The notes under the pieces are model-generated. The model was given only the letters and a program-made list of their open reading frames with translations. It did no database searches and was not told where the DNA came from. Shown piece after piece: positions 58,869-64,000 of a DNA stretch of 64,000 nucleotides. The stretch comes from an uncultured Saprospiraceae bacterium. Lineage in GTDB: Bacteria > Bacteroidota > Bacteroidia > Chitinophagales > Saprospiraceae. The DNA is taken from NCBI GenBank assembly GCA_964627995.1, contig CAZVLN010000004.1:28682-92681 (forward strand), in the 5' to 3' direction. How positions within the stretch are numbered: the first letter of the stretch is position 1; every line of letters starts with the position of its first letter. A program made the position numbers and the translations under genes.

Positions 58869-60089
58869 TTAGGCCTTTATTTTGGGGTGACAAAGATAGT
58901 ATCGGCGAAGAAGCTGCGTGTCGAGTTTGGCATCTGTCTCTAGTGATAAGGGTTGAATTTTTCCCGACTTCATGAGAATATTAATTTCGGGTGAAGTAGC
59001 ATTATAAAGCCTGTTGGTCTCAACACCTTGAATAATTAGATCCGAAATGAATTTTTCAGGAATATCATTTAGGGCTTTTCGAATTTCTAGTTCGATATTG
59101 TTTACTTCTTCACTCGAAAACGGTTCCTTTTGAAGCGATACCCGAAAAAGTTTTCGATCGGTAAGTCCCTGGGATAAAATACTTAAAACCGGATTTTTAT
59201 CCTTATTGAGGCTTTTGATCCAAACATCTATATCAGAATCATCGATAGATGCGTGCCATTCGAGCATTTTTTCCGAAATGTTGGTAACATTCTCCAATTT
59301 AGGGCTTTCCGAGAGGAAGTATTGAAAGGCAGAGCTTAGTTGCGCTGTATGGCTATTTGGATTCTTTTTGTAGTATTCAAAAAGGCGTACGAGCATTTTT
59401 TCTGCGCTTACTGCTGTTTTGTGTAAATACACCTGCCAATACATGAGTTTCCTAGATAACAGGAACTTTTCAATGGAATACAAGCCCTTTTCTTCCACGA
59501 CTAATTGGTTATTATAGACGTTGAGCATTTTGATGATGCGATCGTATCCAATAATCCCTTCTGCTACTCCGGTGTAATAACTGTCTCGAATGAGATAATC
59601 CATGCGGTCCATATCAAGTTGACCACTTATTAGTTGATGCAAATAAGCTTTGGGGTATTGATTTTTAAAAATTTGGATGGCTAAACTCAAGCCACCATCA
59701 AATTCCTCATTTAGCTTTTCCATATAAGCTAAAGTGAGTCGCTCGTGAGATACCGGGATAAAATGACCTTCCAAAGCATGTGAGTAGGGGCCATGACCAA
59801 TGTCGTGCAGGAGTATAGCTATTTGAACTCCTTCCGCCTCTTCCTTTGAGATGTCTACGCCTTTCGATTGTAGAACTTCTATGGTCTTTCTAGTAAGATG
59901 AAGAGCTCCTAAGGCATGTTGGAAGCGTGTATGAACTGCTCCAGGGTATACTAAATGGCTCAAGCCCACTTGCTTTATTCTGCGGAGCCGCTGAAAATAC
60001 GGGTGCTCGACAATGTCATACAAAATAGTAAAGGGTAGGGTGGTGAATCCGTAAACTGGATCATTAAGAATTTTGTAGGTTTCACTCAT
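58869..60089 (-). CDS. HD-domain phosphohydrolase (SAMHD1/dNTPase-like, conserved in Bacteroidota)
   Basis: ..HTRFQHALGALHL.. and ..LLHDIGHGPYSHALE.. HD motifs, plus ..DMDRMDYLIRDS.. Confidence 0.8.
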   Translation of the reverse strand: MSETYKILNDPVYGFTTLPFTILYDIVEHPYFQRLRRIKQVGLSHLVYPGAVHTRFQHALGALHLTRKTIEVLQSKGVDISKEEAEGVQIAILLHDIGHGPYSHALEGHFIPVSHERLTLAYMEKLNEEFDGGLSLAIQIFKNQYPKAYLHQLISGQLDMDRMDYLIRDSYYTGVAEGIIGYDRIIKMLNVYNNQLVVEEKGLYSIEKFLLSRKLMYWQVYLHKTAVSAEKMLVRLFEYYKKNPNSHTAQLSSAFQYFLSESPKLENVTNISEKMLEWHASIDDSDIDVWIKSLNKDKNPVLSILSQGLTDRKLFRVSLQKEPFSSEEVNNIELEIRKALNDIPEKFISDLIIQGVETNRLYNATSPEINILMKSGKIQPLSLETDAKLDTQLLRRYYLCHPKIKA

Positions 60090-60184
60090 AGCATGAAAAT
60101 ACGAGTAATGCTGGAATTTCTTATATCTTACCTCTAAATATGTTTACATTTTGAATGGAGGAATGGCAACATGCCGTATAATTC

Positions 60185-60345
60185 GCGTAAGGGATAGAAG
60201 CGGTATACCGCTTGCCAATTATGTGCGTGGCGCAGAAGTAAGACTTGATCAGCTCGTTTTTTAAGCTGTGAAAAATTGTAAAGATAAAAGGCAAGCGGTG
60301 TAGGAGTGGATAGCCCGACCCCGCCATTTGGCGGGGTTACGCCCA
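60185..60345. repeat. Copy of the G+C-rich structured repeat family (minus orientation)
   Basis: Palindrome aagcggtataccgctt at 60198-60213. Inverted repeat accgcttgcc 60207-60216 / ggcaagcggt 60290-60299. Family core agcccgaccccg at 60312-60323. Hairpin ccccgcc attt ggcgggg. Confidence 0.6.
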
Positions 60346-60504
60346 AAACATTAAAATGATAAATTGAGATAGAATTAGGAAGGTGTTAAATAAATGATAA
60401 CCAGCAAATTTGGGCCCCGAATTATGAGTTTTGAAGAATAATATAGAAGTTGATGCCATATGACATACGAAAAGGGGGCTTCAAAACAGTTTTAAATAAA
60501 AAAA

Positions 60505-62064
60505 ATGGAAGATATTAAGATACTATGGGCTGATGATGAGATTGACATGCTTCGGCCACAGCTCGTTTTTTTAGAGAAAAAGGGGTATAAAGTAGATACA
60601 GTAACTAATGGTCACGATGCGGTGGAGGAAGTAGATTCCGGCCATTATGATATTGTGTTTTTGGATGAGAGTATGCCCGGAATGACTGGCTTAGAGACTT
60701 TGGAAAAACTAAAGCGTTCCCACCCACAGTTGCCGGTCGTGATGATTACAAAGAATGAGGCCGAGGATATTATGGAGGATGCGATCGGGTCACAAATTGC
60801 AGATTACTTGATTAAACCGGTGAATCCGAATCAGATCCTGCTTTCACTAAAGAAAATCATCGAGCAGAAGCATTTAGTGCGGTCTAAAACCAGTACCGCT
60901 TATCAACAGGCTTTCCGCCAGATTTTAATGGATATCAATAGCGGGTTGGATTATAAGGGATGGGTTGATATTTACCGTAGAATTATTGATTGGGAGTTGA
61001 AGATTGATTCGTCCAAAAGTACGGGGATGGGAGAGATTCTCGATATGCAAAAAAGAGAGGCGAATACAGAATTCTCAAAATTTATTTTGTCAAACTATAA
61101 GGACTGGGTTCGAAGTGAGGGTGAGGAAGGGCCGGTGATGTCTAATCGTTTGATGCGAGAGAAAGTATTTCCGGCTATAGATGATGACCGACCGACAATT
61201 TTACTTTTACTAGACAATTGCAGATACGATCAATGGAAGGTAATCGAACCCTTGTTTAGTGAATTATTTACTGTAGAAAGTGATGATTATTTTTATAGCA
61301 TTTTACCGACGAGTACGCAATACTCAAGAAATGCTATATTTTCAGGATTGATGCCTCTTCAAATTCAGGAGCGGTTTCCTGAACTGTGGTTAAATGATAA
61401 TGAAAAGGGAGGCAAAAACAATAGCGAGGATGTTTTCCTAGCTGACTTGATCGACCGCACTTTTCGGAAGCCTATCAAGCATGATTATGCAAAAGTCACA
61501 ACCAATCAGAAAGCGAAGCATGTGCAGGATAACATTCTGAATTATCTAAATAATGATTTGACTGTGATCGTCTATAATTTCATTGACTTTCTTTCTCATG
61601 CGCGCACGGAGATGGAGGTGCTAAAGGAATTAGCAGGTGATGAAACCGCTTATCGATCCTTGACTCGATCCTGGTTTGAGCATTCCCCTTTATATGAAGC
61701 TTTGGAACTTGCCTCAGAACGCGATATGCAATTGATTGTAACCACAGACCACGGGACCATACGAGTGGGCACGCCATCTAAAGTGATTGGAGATAGGGAA
61801 ACAACACCTAATTTGAGGTATAAAGTAGGTAAGAACTTGAAGTATAATGCTAAGGATGTACTCGAGGTAAAAAACCCGGAAAAGCTTATGCTACCTTCTC
61901 CGAACGTAAGTTCGAGATTTATTTTTGCCAAGGAGGATATGTATTTCTTATATCCGAATAACTATAACTACTACAATAATTACTACAAAGATACTTTTCA
62001 GCATGGTGGCATATCTCTAGAGGAGATGATTTGTCCCATCATAAAAATGCGTTCGAAGGGGTAA
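60505..62064 (+). CDS. porX: PorX-type response regulator (CheY-like receiver fused to PglZ / alkaline-phosphatase-like domain)
   Basis: Receiver ILWADDE..FLDESMPGMTG..ITKN.., followed by a PglZ-like domain of about 390 aa (..LLLDNCRYDQW.., ..TDHGTI..). 519 aa, the size recalled for PorX. Confidence 0.8.
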   Translation: MEDIKILWADDEIDMLRPQLVFLEKKGYKVDTVTNGHDAVEEVDSGHYDIVFLDESMPGMTGLETLEKLKRSHPQLPVVMITKNEAEDIMEDAIGSQIADYLIKPVNPNQILLSLKKIIEQKHLVRSKTSTAYQQAFRQILMDINSGLDYKGWVDIYRRIIDWELKIDSSKSTGMGEILDMQKREANTEFSKFILSNYKDWVRSEGEEGPVMSNRLMREKVFPAIDDDRPTILLLLDNCRYDQWKVIEPLFSELFTVESDDYFYSILPTSTQYSRNAIFSGLMPLQIQERFPELWLNDNEKGGKNNSEDVFLADLIDRTFRKPIKHDYAKVTTNQKAKHVQDNILNYLNNDLTVIVYNFIDFLSHARTEMEVLKELAGDETAYRSLTRSWFEHSPLYEALELASERDMQLIVTTDHGTIRVGTPSKVIGDRETTPNLRYKVGKNLKYNAKDVLEVKNPEKLMLPSPNVSSRFIFAKEDMYFLYPNNYNYYNNYYKDTFQHGGISLEEMICPIIKMRSKG

Positions 62065-62069
62065 TTTTT

Positions 62070-62519
62070 CTATTCTCTGAGTAAATCCTCAGCCCTTAGA
62101 TGAAACTCTTTGATGAGCGAACGGGATTCAATGAACGTAACCTGTTTTCCAAAACGAGTAGGGGATTTAAAAGTAAAAGTTCCAATATGTAAAAATAGGA
62201 GCTTTCGGTCTCTGAGGTGCTTTACATTGTGCCATGGAATCCTTATCGTCGTAAAAAAGTTAGATACGTAGAGGAAATGGTCGTCAAACTCTACGCGTTT
62301 GAGGGGGATTAAGGTGAAATAAATAACGATGCTACCGCTCAGATAAAATATGAGCATCGCTATTTTCAAATTGGCTTGTCCAAATACTTGAAGTTGCCCA
62401 TTAGGCGCAACAAAAAAGGCAAGTACAATTGCTCCATAAAATACAAACCAAAAGGTGGGAAGAAAAACCTTTAAACCAAGTGTCCAATTCGATGAGATTC
62501 TTTGGATAGAGTTTTGCAT
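62070..62519 (-). CDS. Small membrane protein, hypothetical
   Basis: 149 aa with two TM helices and then a soluble region of about 70 aa. Lies 5 nt downstream of tatC on the same strand. Confidence 0.45.
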   Translation of the reverse strand: MQNSIQRISSNWTLGLKVFLPTFWFVFYGAIVLAFFVAPNGQLQVFGQANLKIAMLIFYLSGSIVIYFTLIPLKRVEFDDHFLYVSNFFTTIRIPWHNVKHLRDRKLLFLHIGTFTFKSPTRFGKQVTFIESRSLIKEFHLRAEDLLRE

Positions 62520-62524
62520 ATCGA

Positions 62525-63340
62525 TTAGGTTTTTGGCATTTGACGTTGAGCAATAATGATGCTGACTTCGTAAAGAAAAAATAGTGGGATAGCAATTAAA
62601 AACTGGGTAATAACATCGGGAGGTGTTATAATAGAGGCCGCGATAAAAATGATTACAACCGCATGTTTTCTATAGGTCTTGAGAAATTCGGGTGTGACTA
62701 TTCCAATTTTAGCTAGAAAGTAAATCACGATCGGTAATTCAAAGACCAGTCCGGTTGGTATGGTGAACATAGTCATATAATTGACAAAGGAAGAAAGTGT
62801 AGTCGTATTTTGTACGTCCGGACTGACGGAATAAGCTGAAAGAAAAGAAACTGCGAAAGGGGATATAACAAAATAGCCAAACAGCACTCCCGCTATAAAT
62901 AAGGCGGAGCAGGTAAAGACCATCCCGCCTGCAGCTTTTCGTTCATTTTCATATAAGCCGGGTTTTACAAAACGCCAAAACTCCCAAAAGACATACGGGA
63001 ATGCAACGATGAGGCCTATCCAAAAGGATGATTTGATATGAGTGATAAACTGCTCTCCAATATCTCTTGTGATAATTTCCAATGAAGTTCCGGGTTTCAT
63101 GCAAATGAAATCACCAATGCTGCACAAAAGTTGGTAGGTTAAGAAGGAGTCCTTGGTTGGGCCTAAAATAATATGGTCAAAGACGAGATCTTTTGCCAGA
63201 AATACGCCAATACCTATAATAACAATGGCAACGAGAGACCGTATGATGTGCCATCGCAGGTGTTCGAGATGGTCCAGAAAGGACATTTCTTCTTCGCCTT
63301 CCGGAGGGAGTTTATCAACATCTACTTGATCTAGAGCCAT
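62525..63340 (-). CDS. tatC: Twin-arginine translocase subunit TatC
   Basis: MSFLDHLEHLRWHIIRSL N-terminal signature, 6 TM helices, 271 aa. Confidence 0.9.
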   Translation of the reverse strand: MALDQVDVDKLPPEGEEEMSFLDHLEHLRWHIIRSLVAIVIIGIGVFLAKDLVFDHIILGPTKDSFLTYQLLCSIGDFICMKPGTSLEIITRDIGEQFITHIKSSFWIGLIVAFPYVFWEFWRFVKPGLYENERKAAGGMVFTCSALFIAGVLFGYFVISPFAVSFLSAYSVSPDVQNTTTLSSFVNYMTMFTIPTGLVFELPIVIYFLAKIGIVTPEFLKTYRKHAVVIIFIAASIITPPDVITQFLIAIPLFFLYEVSIIIAQRQMPKT

Positions 63341-63418
63341 GTGTTATCATTATATAGGTGGTAAAGGTAAAAAGTGGCGAGATTAATTGTTTACATTTGT
63401 ATCAAATATAGCGGATTC

Positions 63419-64000
63419 ATGGAGGTTTTTCTGTATTTATTGCTGTTGGGTTTTTCGCTTTCTGCCCTGATTGTAGGCGCCGACTGGTTCGTAGCTGGGG
63501 CGGAGAAAATCGGTATTCGATTAGGGATAAGTCCTTACGTCGTAGGGGTTACGATAGTTGCTTTAGGTACCTCTTTGCCCGAGTTAGCATCGAGTATTGC
63601 TGCGATTTTGAAAGGAGAATCCTCCATTGTGACCGGGAATGTGATTGGGTCGAATATTACAAATATATTACTCGTTTTGGGTTGTGTCGCCGCCTTTCAG
63701 CGTATGATTACTTTTGAAACCAAGGTTGTGAATGTGGACTTACCTATTCTGAGTATTTCCGCTTTTTTGGTTGTATTCATGCTGAGAGATGCAAGCTATC
63801 CGATGATTGAAGGAGGTTTGTTAATCGCGGCATTTATTATCTTTTTAACGAATACCTTTAGGTCACAAATTGTAAAATCAGATATTAATGAGGAAGAACG
63901 TAAAAAGCCCTTAGGGGCTAAAACGATACTATTTTTGATTCTGGGTGGGGTTTTAGTCTACTTTGGTTCAGAATACACGATTGTAAGTATATCCTCTTTA
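63419..64000 (+). CDS. Ca2+/Na+ antiporter (CaCA family, YrbG-like), 5' partial that runs off the window
   Basis: ATG at 63419, open to the window end (194 codons). Alpha-repeat motif GTSLPELASS...GNVIGSNITNILLVLG. Confidence 0.8.
   Translation, partial: MEVFLYLLLLGFSLSALIVGADWFVAGAEKIGIRLGISPYVVGVTIVALGTSLPELASSIAAILKGESSIVTGNVIGSNITNILLVLGCVAAFQRMITFETKVVNVDLPILSISAFLVVFMLRDASYPMIEGGLLIAAFIIFLTNTFRSQIVKSDINEEERKKPLGAKTILFLILGGVLVYFGSEYTIVSISSL

Overview
This window looks like a chromosomal segment of a Bacteroidota genome. It carries the type IX secretion / gliding core porP-gldK-gldL-gldM-gldN, a PorX-type response regulator, and a TAnnTTTG -7 box ahead of a tRNA. I count about 55 protein-coding genes, mostly housekeeping: lpdA, rsmI, purS, icmF, smpB, recG, rbfA, purA, fur, relA/spoT, tig-clpP-clpX, truA, glyA, tatC. 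There is one tRNA-Leu(UAG). I found no rRNA, no CRISPR array and no recognisable transposase or integrase. I did not find a convincing multi-gene defence or mobile system.

The unusual non-coding content:
- A 99-bp tandem repeat (about 4.4 copies) built from nested 7-8 nt GTTKAAT / TTAAAC sub-repeats. It fills the whole convergent spacer between lpdA and an eRF1/Pelota-like gene.
- A family of G+C-rich, hairpin-dense repeats of roughly 120-210 nt sharing a GGTCGGGCT core. Copies sit in six intergenic regions, two of them large ORF-free blocks (1396-2553 and 7677-8402).

The unusual protein-level content:
- A stand-alone eRF1/Pelota-like (baeRF-type) protein.
- An ABC-3 metal permease fused to a DtxR-like domain that keeps its metal-ligand residues, with no partner ATPase or binding protein nearby.
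- A translationally coupled four-gene operon (MFS, small GT2, processive GT2, GT-C) convergent on gldN.
- An ECF sigma factor coupled to an atypical 566-aa membrane protein.
- A RimK ligase paired with an M14/AstE-like hydrolase.

All functional calls come from motif recognition by eye. No database search was run.
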